NCBI GenBank assembly: GCA_000092065.1 | Contig: CP000594.1 | Length of the DNA: 64,000 bases | Direction: 5' to 3' (one strand) | From: Ostreococcus lucimarinus | Taxonomy: Eukaryota | Part shown: positions 17,754 through 28,330 of the stretch, one piece after another | Position numbering within the stretch: position 1 is the stretch's first letter | Layout: each line of letters starts with the position of its first letter | Notes under the pieces: model-generated | Told to the model about the DNA's origin: nothing | Databases searched by the model: none | The model's input: only the letters and a program-made list of their open reading frames with translations | Made by a program: the position numbers and the translations under genes

Positions 17754-20700
17754 TTACGCCGCTTGGGCGAGCATTTGCGTGTCCGTCTTCAAGCGAGCCT
17801 CGTGAGACGAAATCGCCGCGCTCAACGCGTCGCAAAGCTGTTGAAGAGAATCGTCGTTCGCACAACGATCGCGCGCGTCGAAGATCAAATCCATCGGGAA
17901 CCAGCACGCAGCGTGCGCGGTGCGGTCGATGGCCGAGCGCTTGGCCCAGAACGAGAGTTCTTTGAGCGCCAACTGAGCGGCGTCCTCGGCGCGGTTGAAC
18001 GCGAGGTAGATGCGCAAGAGCGCCGCGGGATCCGCCCCGCGTCTTGCCATACCACCGCCGCTGAAAAGCGCAGTAGGGTTGACAAAACGTTTGATGAGCC
18101 AGCTCGGGAGCGCTAGCTTGGCGTTGACAGCGAGAATCGACCGAGCGGTGGCTTCAGAGAGGGCAAAGTTGCGTTCCGGCGCGTCGAAGCGCTCGACAAA
18201 GGCGCGCAACTCGTTCCAGTACGTGTCGACGGACGTGACCGGCGCTTCGACCCCGATTAATCCCGCGATCGCTTGCAAGTCGCTTGCTCGAGCGTTCCAA
18301 CGCTTCAACGCAGCGTCTTGTTCGGCTTGCAGGACGGACGCATCGCCAACTTGAGCCATGCTCGCGCGCGCCGCCATGGCACCAGCGATTAAAGCGAGCG
18401 AAGACGTGAGCTTTTCGCCATCCAACCACGCGGTGCAAAGCGTCTTGGCGGCCGCGAAGCAACCGTACGCAATCAAGCTTTGCACTAAGTCTTGAATGAC
18501 TTTTCGAGGTTCACTATCGACGTGAAGCATAGCGGTTTCGCAGCCCACGTGCAAGAGTTCTAGGCGAGCGGCGGAGAGCACGTACTCACGGGTGACGGTG
18601 GCCAGAGGACTCTTCTTCGTATCCAGTCCACTCGAAACAACATTTACTGAAGAAACATCATCGTTTCCTTCCATGTGTTCATCCTCTACGACCGTTTCAA
18701 AGCTCACCGAACAGGGATCCGACACCATGGCCAAGGCGTTGGCGGAGGAGAGCGCCGCCGAGGCATGACGCGCGAGAGCGTCGACCAGCTCGTCGTACGT
18801 TACGTCGGGTTTACGAGCGATCTCGATCGTGTGCTCGCTCAAACGATTGGCGTACTCGTGCATGGATACTGCCGCTTTGGCTGGGTCCCCACGACTCAAG
18901 TAGAATCCGTACAAGATCTCGCTCGGCGACGGCTGCGAGTCCACTGGCGCTGTGGACGCCCTACCCTCGAGCGCGTTTATGATTGTGTCGTAATGCGTTC
19001 GCTCGCTTTCATCCAAGCAAAGCGTGCTCAGCACCGCGCCACCGTTCTTCGCACCCCTTTCACAAACACTGGCGACGAGTCGACGCATCGCCGCCGCCTG
19101 GCGATGCTCGCCCGCAGTGCTCGCAGCGGCGCAATACGCCGCGCGCCAATCCCCGGCGTCCGTGGCGTATTGCAACGCATTGGCCCACAATCGTGCACTT
19201 TGGTTTTCATCATCTCGAACCTCATGCAGCGCTGCGTATGCGGCCGCCTGAGCGCCTGGAGCGCATCCGAGACGCTCGAAGAACAGCATGACAATTTCGT
19301 AGTACTCCAAGCGCGAGACGACGTCGTTTGGAAACGCGGCGTCGTCGGTACCCATCAGAATGCTTTGAATCACTCGCAACAGCTGCACGAGGAGGGAGTC
19401 GACTGGACCAGCGACTTCTGGAACAAACGCAGCCGCTCTACTGAATAATGCGATCGCGCTGTCGATCGAGGCGTTGCGCTCGGCGTTTGCGTCGTCGGTT
19501 TGATTGAGACCGACCAAATCCGCGCACGTCCACAGCGCTTGCAGAAACAGCGGTGCCGGCGCGTCGAACGGCGCCTTGGCGACCGATTCGCTTCCGGGGA
19601 CTTGCTGCCGAGCAAACGCAAGTAGCGTGCCGAGGGCGTCGACTTCGCCAGAGGCGTAGAGTGTGGTACCGATCTCTATCACTCGTCGCGTGTGAGACGA
19701 AGGTTCGTCGTCGCTGGCGTCGAGCGCTGAGGCGAGTAAGGTACCGGCGCTTCGCAAGCGATCGCCCACGGAAGAAGAGCATTCGAGAATATCAGGATGT
19801 TCTAAATTCGCGAGGGTGACCGCCAAGCGAGGCGGATCTTCGCGGTTGATGCTCAAGCTCGATCTGCGCTCCGTCAGGAGCCAAGAGGAGAGAATCGCCG
19901 AGCGATACGCGCTCATCGCAGCGGGCAAAGCATTGGTGATGGAGTCGGCGGCGTCAGCGGCGAAGCCAATCTTTGGACCGAGTCGAATGCATCCCAAAAG
20001 AAGCACTAATCCGCGCGACACCTCCACGCGTGCCCGAGTTTGTTGCTTGGTGGCGTTCAAAACCAACGCGACAAACTGCGATTCGTCCATCTCACTCGCC
20101 TCGTCGTCGACGGCGCCGAGGCTTCGTCCCTCCGATGGCAGAGTCCATTCATCAACGCGCTCACGAAGCGCTTGCGCTGGCTCTGCAAGCGTGCTCAGCG
20201 CATCTTGTAACAGACGGATGACGATTCTTTGCTTGGCGCGCCTCGAAGCCTTTCGGGATTTCGCTTGCGTCTCGGTTTCGTCGCTCTGCACCGCTGGAAA
20301 GACGTCACCGATCAACACTCCAGCGAAAGACTCAAGCCAATCTTTTGTGGTGTGGCTCGACGCTTCGATGTTTTCGTCGTAATTGTCGAACGCCGTCGCC
20401 TTGCTTGAGGTTGACGTGTCCACGCACAATCCACCGGCGATTAAATCCATCGCCGAGCACGCCGAGCTACCGAGAACGCTGTTCAAACGCGCAAACAGAG
20501 CGGTGAGCGCCGACACCACTTGTCGTTTACCACCACTAAAGTTCAACATCGGCGAATCCTCGTTCGTGATTTGTGCGCGAAGCAGAGACTCTTCAACGTC
20601 GTCGCCTGCCCGAATGGCGCCCAGCGCGTCGCCCGCGCGCAGTAGCACGAGGGACGACGACCACGACGCGTCCGTGTCCAAAAGGAAGGCCATCGGCGCG

Positions 20701-22241
20701 TGCGCGCGCGACCACTCACGAGCATACGTAGGCGCTACGCGACACCACGTCTCCACGACGCGCTGGATGCTGGCGTTCGCCCCAGCCGCGGCGACGAGCG
20801 CGTCGCTCGCGGTTTTCGCTTCGTCCAAACCGAGCTCATCGCAGGTATTTTGCAACGCCAGCTCCGAGCTCAAACCTCGTAGAGCGATTTCACTGGCTAA
20901 GCTGTTCGCCACAGAGGCCGCAGTGTACCCATTTAGCTTACCAAACCTTCGGAGGAGTTCAACCGCCGCGCCGTTGCCTCGACCGGCGTGCCCCCACTCG
21001 GCGAGCACGTTGGCTTCGACGTCGCCGCATCGAAGATCTCGCGCGCGATGGAGCGCGTCCAGCGGCCAGGACAGTAGAGTCGAAGTCGAAGTGGACGATG
21101 CGTCGTCGTCGTCGAAATTCTCGAGCGCAGCGACGACGCTATCGGGCGTCAGCGCGAGCGCACGAGCGACGCCCTTGGATCCCTCGATGGACGACCCGAA
21201 AGCCAACGCGCCGTGCTTGACCGTGTAGAACGCCAAGGTGGCGGCATCCGCAGCTGTTTCGATCGTTGTCGTTGCTGCGGCGGCTTCGTCGTCTGCCTCC
21301 ACTGGCGCTAATCTAGAGGACACTACGACGTTCAACGTGAGACCTTTCTCCGACGGCGCGCACGCGAACGACGTCGCCACGCGATCCGGCGCGGGCGTCT
21401 TCGTCCCGGGTGCGGGAGGCAAGTGCGATCCGCACACGCGCGAGACCTTCGCGGTTGCCGGTTTTAGCGAACCATCGGTTGTTCTGGCTTGCGAGGCGTG
21501 AATGGCGTTTGTGACGTCCCAAACCTGCACGAAGCCGTCCGACGAGAGCGTGGCCACCAAGTCCTTCGCCCCGACGCGCACGCACCGAGGGGTCACGTCC
21601 ACCACCGCCTGCCCGCTCGAACCCTTGATTGTGTTCCAAACTCGACTCAGCGTCGACGTCTGAAGCTCACACACCGTGGTTAACCTATCGGTTCGAACGA
21701 TCGCGCATCCGCTCGCGTCGCACAAAATAGCCGCCGCAGCGCCGCACGCCCCGATTCTCTGTACCCCACTCATCGAGCTCGGCGCCCGACCGACGATCGC
21801 TTCGTAGGATCCATCGTCATCGAAATCACCATCCAACCGCACGCGCACGCGCACGACGAACGCCCCATCGGCGGTCGCCAACACGACGTCGACCCGTTCG
21901 CCGTCCGACGCGCACGCGCACGACGGCGCCAACGCGCTCGGCGTCACCACGCGCACCGCCCACCCGCGCGTGCTCTTAATCACGCACACGTCTCCACCGA
22001 ACTCCCCGCCGACGTTCCACGCGATGACGTCTCCGGTCTTCGAGTCGACGACGCCGCCGCCGCGCGCCCCTCGGGCGCCGTCGCTCGGCGTCTCGCCGCC
22101 CTCGCCCCGATGTCGCTTCGACGCCCTCCAATCGTCCGCGGACGCCCGCACGCCCGCGTCGACGTCGACGACGAACGTCCGCGCTCGCGTCGTCGACGTC
22201 GCGCGCGCCGTCGCGCGCGGGGTTTCGCACGCGACGGACAT
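17754..22241 (-). CDS. Large (1495 aa) β-propeller + α-solenoid protein; possibly nucleoporin Nup160-like (tentative)
   Basis: Single uninterrupted ORF with a true ATG and normal composition throughout. The N-terminal ~450 aa are β-strand-rich (…DVIAWNVGGEF…SSDGFVQVWDV…); the remainder is helical-repeat-like. Length and architecture fit Nup160, but I see no diagnostic motif. Confidence 0.75.
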   Translation of the reverse strand: MSVACETPRATARATSTTRARTFVVDVDAGVRASADDWRASKRHRGEGGETPSDGARGARGGGVVDSKTGDVIAWNVGGEFGGDVCVIKSTRGWAVRVVTPSALAPSCACASDGERVDVVLATADGAFVVRVRVRLDGDFDDDGSYEAIVGRAPSSMSGVQRIGACGAAAAILCDASGCAIVRTDRLTTVCELQTSTLSRVWNTIKGSSGQAVVDVTPRCVRVGAKDLVATLSSDGFVQVWDVTNAIHASQARTTDGSLKPATAKVSRVCGSHLPPAPGTKTPAPDRVATSFACAPSEKGLTLNVVVSSRLAPVEADDEAAAATTTIETAADAATLAFYTVKHGALAFGSSIEGSKGVARALALTPDSVVAALENFDDDDASSTSTSTLLSWPLDALHRARDLRCGDVEANVLAEWGHAGRGNGAAVELLRRFGKLNGYTAASVANSLASEIALRGLSSELALQNTCDELGLDEAKTASDALVAAAGANASIQRVVETWCRVAPTYAREWSRAHAPMAFLLDTDASWSSSLVLLRAGDALGAIRAGDDVEESLLRAQITNEDSPMLNFSGGKRQVVSALTALFARLNSVLGSSACSAMDLIAGGLCVDTSTSSKATAFDNYDENIEASSHTTKDWLESFAGVLIGDVFPAVQSDETETQAKSRKASRRAKQRIVIRLLQDALSTLAEPAQALRERVDEWTLPSEGRSLGAVDDEASEMDESQFVALVLNATKQQTRARVEVSRGLVLLLGCIRLGPKIGFAADAADSITNALPAAMSAYRSAILSSWLLTERRSSLSINREDPPRLAVTLANLEHPDILECSSSVGDRLRSAGTLLASALDASDDEPSSHTRRVIEIGTTLYASGEVDALGTLLAFARQQVPGSESVAKAPFDAPAPLFLQALWTCADLVGLNQTDDANAERNASIDSAIALFSRAAAFVPEVAGPVDSLLVQLLRVIQSILMGTDDAAFPNDVVSRLEYYEIVMLFFERLGCAPGAQAAAYAALHEVRDDENQSARLWANALQYATDAGDWRAAYCAAASTAGEHRQAAAMRRLVASVCERGAKNGGAVLSTLCLDESERTHYDTIINALEGRASTAPVDSQPSPSEILYGFYLSRGDPAKAAVSMHEYANRLSEHTIEIARKPDVTYDELVDALARHASAALSSANALAMVSDPCSVSFETVVEDEHMEGNDDVSSVNVVSSGLDTKKSPLATVTREYVLSAARLELLHVGCETAMLHVDSEPRKVIQDLVQSLIAYGCFAAAKTLCTAWLDGEKLTSSLALIAGAMAARASMAQVGDASVLQAEQDAALKRWNARASDLQAIAGLIGVEAPVTSVDTYWNELRAFVERFDAPERNFALSEATARSILAVNAKLALPSWLIKRFVNPTALFSGGGMARRGADPAALLRIYLAFNRAEDAAQLALKELSFWAKRSAIDRTAHAACWFPMDLIFDARDRCANDDSLQQLCDALSAAISSHEARLKTDTQMLAQAA

Positions 22242-22516
22242 TGATGCGTTCGAATCGTTGAGCGATTTCGAGTCGTTTCGCGGCGGTTTCGTCGGCGCGA
22301 CGGGGTCTTCGGCGCGAGCGACGCGCGCGAGACGGTCGTCCGCGCGCGTTCTTTCGTCGGCGCGGCGCGCGAGCGACGGAAGCGCGGTAGCGCGCGCGAA
22401 AGTGCAGCGATAGGCGATGGGTGTGGCATCTTTTGTCGGCGTCGGCGCGGCGACGCGCGCGAGGACGGCGGTGAATGAATGGTTTGATATTTTATTGCAA
22501 CGCGTAAACGTACGTC

Positions 22517-22621
22517 TAGTTGCCCTTGGCGGCTTCTTTTTCCTTCTTCTTGAGCTCGCGCGCCGCCTTCGCGGCGGCGCCGGCGTCTTCTCCCAAATAC
22601 TGTTGCGCGTACACGTTCGAC
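22517..22621 (-). CDS. EF3: eEF3 terminal exon (exon 2): SNVYAQQYLGEDAGAAAKAARELKKKEKEAAKGN*
   Basis: The main ORF ends …DLDQ followed immediately by GTTAGT. About 79 nt downstream, ctgacag| precedes an in-phase 34-codon lysine-rich ORF. Fungal eEF3 proteins end in a basic Lys-rich tail. Coordinates ±1-2. Confidence 0.6.
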
Positions 22622-22700
22622 TGTCAGTCTCGGTTCGCGATCGAGGGTCGCATCGCGCGCGTTCGTGCGGTCGTCGTGTCGCATCGCATCGTCAACTAAC

Positions 22701-25700
22701 CTGGTCCAAGTCCCAATCCGAGTCTGTGGTTATGTCCTGGCCAGCGGCTAATTTAGCCGCTCTCGTCTTTTGCATAGCCTTGATCTCCTTGCGAGACAAC
22801 TTCTTCTTCGGTCCCTTGACCTTAACCTTGTTCCCGAGCGCGTCGACGGTGTCCTCTTGGACTTCGAATTCAACCTTGGCACCCTTAGCGGACTTGCCTT
22901 GACCCCACTTGTTACCTTCAATTTCAACAAAACCATTACCCGGAACGTTCCACGTTTCTTCCTTCAACGCATCGGCGAATTCGCAGTTGTGCGTGATGAG
23001 AAGAACGCCACCGTCGTATTCCTTGACGGCGCACGCGAGCGCGCCGAGGGCGTCGCGATCCAAATAGTTGGTCGGTTCGTCCATGACGACGATGTGCGGT
23101 TGCTGCCACATGGCGGAACCGAGCACGAGCTTAACCTTTTGGCCACCGGAAAGACCCTTGATGCGGTTGTGGGTACCGAATTCGGCATCCAAACCAAAGT
23201 CGATCAAGTGCTTCTCGACGTTCGCTTGCGTGAGCGGGCGCGCGTACAAGCCCGCGCGAGCGGCTTCGCGCTCGTCAACGCGGTTGAGGTACTTGGTGAA
23301 ACCATACTTTTCGAGCTTTTCGCGCTCCATCCAAGAGTTGGAGTCCATGGAGAGACCCTTCCATTGGCACTCGTACTCGTACTTGGACTTCTTTTGGCGG
23401 CGACCAAGAATCTTCTCGACGACGAGCTTGAGAATGGAACCATCCTCTTGCGGGACCGGAATCTTTTCCTTCATCATGCGCTCTTCCTCTTCGGTGTATT
23501 GCGCGGTGACCTTGGTCAAGTTTTCCTTGTCTTCGCCCGTGGAGAAACGCCAGCGGATGTATTCGTTCGGCGTTTTGTCCAAGTGCTGCTCGACGTGATG
23601 GAACGCGTGCTGCGCGACGTACGCGTAACGCATGTTCGGGTGACGCCAGACGGTACCCTGGTCCGGTTCGGCTTCACCGGTGAGAAGCTTGATGAAGGTA
23701 GACTTACCAGCACCGTTCGGGCCGAGGCACGCGACACGAGAGCTCAAAGAGAGCTGAATGGTCGCGTCTTGGATGATTTGACGCGTCGTGTTCGGGTACT
23801 TGAACCAGCACTTGGTCGCCTTGACGATGGCCTTGTCCTTGTTCTTCACGCCCTCGAGGAAACCCGGAACCGGGAAGATGAACTTGAGTTCGTCGTTGGA
23901 GAGCTCGGTGTACTTCTTCGCCGCCGGGCACTGCTTGACGAATTCGGTGAGATTACCTCTGTACGTCACCAACTTGCGGTTCTCGTAGTGAATGATGTGA
24001 GTACACACGCGATCCAAGAAACCGGAATCGTGAGACACAATCATGGAGGAAACTTGCGTTTGCGAGTTGAGGTACTCTTCCAACCACGCGACGTTCTTCA
24101 CGTCCAAGTGGTTCGTCGGCTCATCGAGTAACAAAATGTCCGCCTTCATGAGGATGGCGCGCGCGAGCGCGAGCTTCATCTTCCAGCCACCGGAGAGGGC
24201 GACAACCGGGCCGTTGATCATCTCGTCGGTGAATTGGAAAGAGGAGAGCGTGGAAGCGACAGATTCCTTGCTCGTGCCGTGGCCTTGGATGACAGAGTCG
24301 GAGAGAACGAACTCAACGACGTTCATCGTGTGTTGATCACCCTGGATGTCGTGCTCGACGTACACCGTGCGGAGTTCCTCCGGCGGCGGGAAGTTTTCGA
24401 CTTGGCCGTTGTTGATAGCCTTCATCAAAGTGGACTTACCGCAACCGTTCGGGCCGCACAGACCGTAACGCTTACCCTTCTTCATGTGAAGCGTGGCGTT
24501 GTTCAGCAAAATGAGCGCACCGTACGCCAAAGAGAAGTCGCACTTGCAAAGATCTTCGCCTTCTTCGTCCTCGACGACGAAGACCTTCTTGGAGGCTTCG
24601 TACACGGCGTGAGCGCGTTCGACGAGAGACTTGGTCATGGCATCGGCCTCGGAGAAGAAAAGCTTCAAGTAAGAGGTCGCGCAAGACTTGGTCCAGGTGT
24701 CGAGATCGAAGTTCTTCGCCAACAACGCGTTGGCGGACAAGGAGCAAATGTAGTCAAAGTACACCTTGACGCCGTCGCCTTGGACAAACTTCGTGACGTC
24801 TTCCTTGGAAGAACCGGAGGATTCGGCCAAAAGCGCGATGAACTGCTCGCTGACGGTTTCTTCGTTGTAGACACCCTTGCCTTCTTGGCCATCTTCGGCA
24901 CCGGTTTCGTTGCCCGCGGCTTGGAGCAAAGTCTTGTACGCGCGAGTACACACTTGGCGGCACTCCGGGTCGGCGACTTCGTCCATGGCGCGCTTCAAAA
25001 GCGGCAAAAGCTTGGGCAAGAACGGCGCGGCATCCATCGGATCTTCGACAAGTTTGCACATGTTGTCAATGATGACGGCAGACTTACGCTTGATCGGGGT
25101 GGTTTGCTGGAAGAACAAACCGCGCTGGAGAAGCGGACCCAGGAGGGAGAGCGTCGGGGATTCAACTTGTTGAACAAAAGTCGTCGCCGCGAGCTTGTGC
25201 ACGCATTCCGGAACTTCATCGACGTTGTTGATGCATTCAATCAAGGTCGGGATGAAAGGCTCGATGTCCAAGTTACCGACGCACGTCGCAACCTTGGCCA
25301 TGGACGCGGTGGACGCCTCCTTGACTTCCGAGCGCATGTGCACCATGACTTGCGCGAGCTCCGGGATGATTTCCGGCAAGTTCGCCGCGACCGCCTTGCG
25401 GTTGCGATCGACGAAAGCATCGAGCACACGCAAAGCAGCCATGGTGGACTGCCAGAACTGAGACTGAAAACCAACAAAGATCGCTCGCAACGCCGGGCGA
25501 ACCGCGAACTCGCTCAACTTGGGCGCGATGGCCGCCACCGCCGCGTCGCCAGCCGCGCGCACATTGCTAGACTTGTTATCACCCGCGAGCGTGATCGCAA
25601 CCTCGAGCAAATCAATCAAATACGGTTCCTCCGCGAACGAAGCCGCGTTCGCAATCTCCGTAATCTTTTCCGCCGCCGCCTTGCGCGCGTCCTCGTCCTT

Positions 25701-25787
25701 CTTCTTCGCCGCCTCCGTCTTGATCCCTTCGACGTCAGCCGGCGTCACCTTCGCCGCCGCGGGCACGTTGCACTTGCTCGGCGCCAT
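22701..25787 (-). CDS. EF3: Translation elongation factor 3 (eEF3, ABC-F ATPase with HEAT repeats and chromo-like insert), exon 1
   Basis: 1031-aa track ORF. N-terminal HEAT region, then two ABC cassettes ([14 protein letters not shown]…[14 protein letters not shown]…; [15 protein letters not shown]…[12 protein letters not shown]…DEPTNYLD) with a chromodomain-like insert ([24 protein letters not shown]), the eEF3 hallmark. True ATG at 25787. Confidence 0.9.
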
Positions 25788-26483
25788 TATTTACTTTTTG
25801 TCTGCGCAGGTCACGATCGCGCGCGTCCGCGGTTCACCGTCAGTCTTCCTTCTCCCGCGTCCCGTCCCCGCGCGCGCGAAGGGCTTTTTATGGATAGGCT
25901 TGCAGCCGCCACCGCCATCGGCGCGCTTTCGCGACCGTCTCTCCTCCCCCCATCGCCTCCATTCGCCGCGCGCGCGCGCGCGCGCCGTCGACCAATTTTA
26001 CACCATCGATCGCGCGCGCCCGCGCGTCCCGATCGAACGCCCGCCGCGTCGCGCGCGTCGTTCGCGTTCGCCCTCGCGCCGCCGCGCCGCGCGCCATCGC
26101 GCCTAATCATCCCTCGCGTCGCGCGTACCGTCTCCCGTGCGCGGGCGTGCGTGCGTTCGAGCGTCGAGTCGCTGGAACGTATTTATTTCGTCGTGTGTGT
26201 GCGCTGCGCGTCGTGCGTGACGGTCGCAGGCGAGGGAACGCGCGTGAGAGTGCCGCGCGGCGCGTCGCGCGCGACGGTCGCGGGCGAGGGCGCGCGCGCG
26301 TTTTCGCGATGCATCATGACGTGTGCGCATACAGTGAGACATCTATTACGATGCGAAGACGTCGAAAAACGCGCACATGGCGTTTCGAGCGCGCGCAATG
26401 CGATCGCCGCGACGCGCGCGGAGGCGCGTCGCGTCGGCGTCGCGCGCGGCGACGACCAACGACCGCGTCACACGTCGACGACG

Positions 26484-26594
26484 ATGATCGCGGCGTTCGC
26501 GCGACGCGCGCGTCGGGATGCGTGCGGCGCGATGCGGCGCGCGCTCGCGAACACCGCGATGAGGGCGTCGGCGAGCGCGAGCGCGTCCACGAGC

Positions 26595-26628
<34 letters not shown>

Positions 26629-27329
26629 ACGTGCAACAGTTTAGGGTGTATCGCTGGGATCCCGATTCGGGGGACGAACCGAAGTATAAAACCTACGACG
26701 TCGACACGAACGATTGCGGACCGATGATGCTGGACGTGCTGTTTAAGATCAAGGACGAACAGGATCAGACGCTGAGCTTTCGACGATCGTGCAGAGAGGG
26801 GATCTGCGGGTCGTGCGCGATGAACATTAACGGGCGAAACGGATTGGCGTGCCTGACCAAGGTGGAGAAGACGGAGAAGGGGGCGCAGACGATCGCGCCT
26901 CTGCCGCACATGTTCGTGGTGAGAGATTTGGTGGTGGATATGGCGAACTTTTACGCGCAGTATAAGTCGATTGAACCATTTTTGAAGACGAAGAGCGACG
27001 CGCCGGCGAACGGCGCCGAGCGCTTGCAAACCAAGGAAGATCGAGCCAAGCTCGACGGGTTGTACGAGTGCATCTTGTGCGCGTGCTGCTCGACGTCTTG
27101 TCCGTCGTATTGGTGGAACAGCGACAAGTATCTCGGACCCGCGGTGCTACTTCAGGCGTACCGATGGATCATCGACTCGCGCGACGAGTTCACCGAGGAG
27201 CGGTTGGCCAACGTCAACGACGCGTTCAAGTTGTACCGATGTCACACGATCATGAACTGCAGCAAGGTGTGCCCGAAAGGCTTGAATCCAGCGCTTAAGA
27301 TTGCGAAAATTAAGCAAATGGTGGCGTGA
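26484..27329 (+). CDS. SDHB: Succinate dehydrogenase iron-sulfur subunit (SDHB/SDH2), mitochondrial precursor
   Basis: FRVYRWDPD…KTYDVD…[46 protein letters not shown]…[19 protein letters not shown]…[19 protein letters not shown]: all three Fe-S cluster Cys motifs are present. Start set to [11 protein letters not shown]… (alternative upstream ATG at 26316). The first ~2.2 kb of track ORF 24234..27329 is antisense of eEF3. Confidence 0.9.
26596..26629. repeat. (GAC)~11 microsatellite inside the SDHB presequence (encodes poly-Thr TTTTTTTTTT)
   Basis: gacgacgacgac… read directly; it is in-frame as ACG codons. Confidence 0.7.
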
Positions 27330-27425
27330 GGACGCATTAACGACGCGAGACGCCGCGAGCGCGCGCGGCGCTTTCATTTAAACTTTAGTACGTGTTTCAA
27401 TTTTCAAGCGCTTCGACGCCGATCA

Positions 27426-27935
27426 TCACAGCTTCTTCGACCGCCAGTTGACGAGCTCGTCGACATCATCGCCGCTATCATCGCTATCGCTATCGCTACG
27501 CGTCGCCGTCCCGACCGTCGGCCGCGCCGTCTTCGCCCCTCCCGCGGCTTCGCGCTTGCGTCGCTTCGCCTCCGCCGCGGCTTCCCTCAACCGATCCACC
27601 CGATCGAAGCACTCCACCTGCTCCGCGATTTCGCCTCGCGTCCGCGACACCGCCTCGGCCTCGGCCCGCTCCATCGCCGCCCGCTCCTCCGCGTCCTCGC
27701 GTTCGCGCTTCTCCCGCGCCGCCGCCGCCGCCGCCGCCGCCGCCGTCGACGCCGCCTCCCTCGCCGCCTCGCTCCCTCGACCTCCTCCCGCGCCCCGCGC
27801 GGGCGCGCGCGTCGCCGACGCGACCGCCGTCGTCCCTCCCGTCGCGCGTCCCGTCGTCGCCGCGCGTCCCGTCGTCGCCGTCGCCTTCACCGCGCCGTCG
27901 AAGAAATCGCTCGGCAGCGCGTTCGACGTCCCCAT
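27426..27935 (-). CDS. Small (169 aa) charged coiled-coil protein (MGTSNALPSDFFDG…EKREREDAEERAAMERAEAEA…VDELVNWRSKKL)
   Basis: Internal ATG M99 of ORF 27426..28229; the upstream part is Arg/Ala junk. The C-terminal half has real-looking composition; family not recognised. Confidence 0.45.
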   Translation of the reverse strand: MGTSNALPSDFFDGAVKATATTGRAATTGRATGGTTAVASATRAPARGAGGGRGSEAAREAASTAAAAAAAAAREKREREDAEERAAMERAEAEAVSRTRGEIAEQVECFDRVDRLREAAAEAKRRKREAAGGAKTARPTVGTATRSDSDSDDSGDDVDELVNWRSKKL

Positions 27936-28330
27936 CGCGCGCGCGTCGCTCGCGGCGCGCGCGGTCGCCGCGTCGCGACGCGCGCGCGTTCGCGCGTCCC
28001 GAGGCGGTCGCGCGGCGTCGGCGCGCGCGGCGATGCGGCGCGCCGCGCGGCGACGCGCGCGCGACCGCGACCGCGCGTCCGCGTGTACACACATACCACT
28101 CGAACGCATCTGTATACGATACTCCGTATGTCCGAATAGCATACACAATGCACATACGGACATAAATTTCGAGCATTTGAACGGGGGAAAGAACGCGCGC
28201 GCGAGCTGTCGCGAGATTCGCGCGCGCACACGCCCGCGCGCGAAACAGATCGCGCGAGCGCGCGACGCACGAACGCGCGAACGAACGAGGCATCGAACGA
28301 GGTCGAACGTCGGCGCGCGAAGCGGACGCG

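Noticed and set aside
22770-26483. Plus-strand ORFs 22770..24131 and the first ~750 codons of 24234..27329
   Set aside because: Antisense of the eEF3 gene (Val/Leu/Arg/Asp-rich, no motifs). Only the last 281 codons (SDHB) are real.
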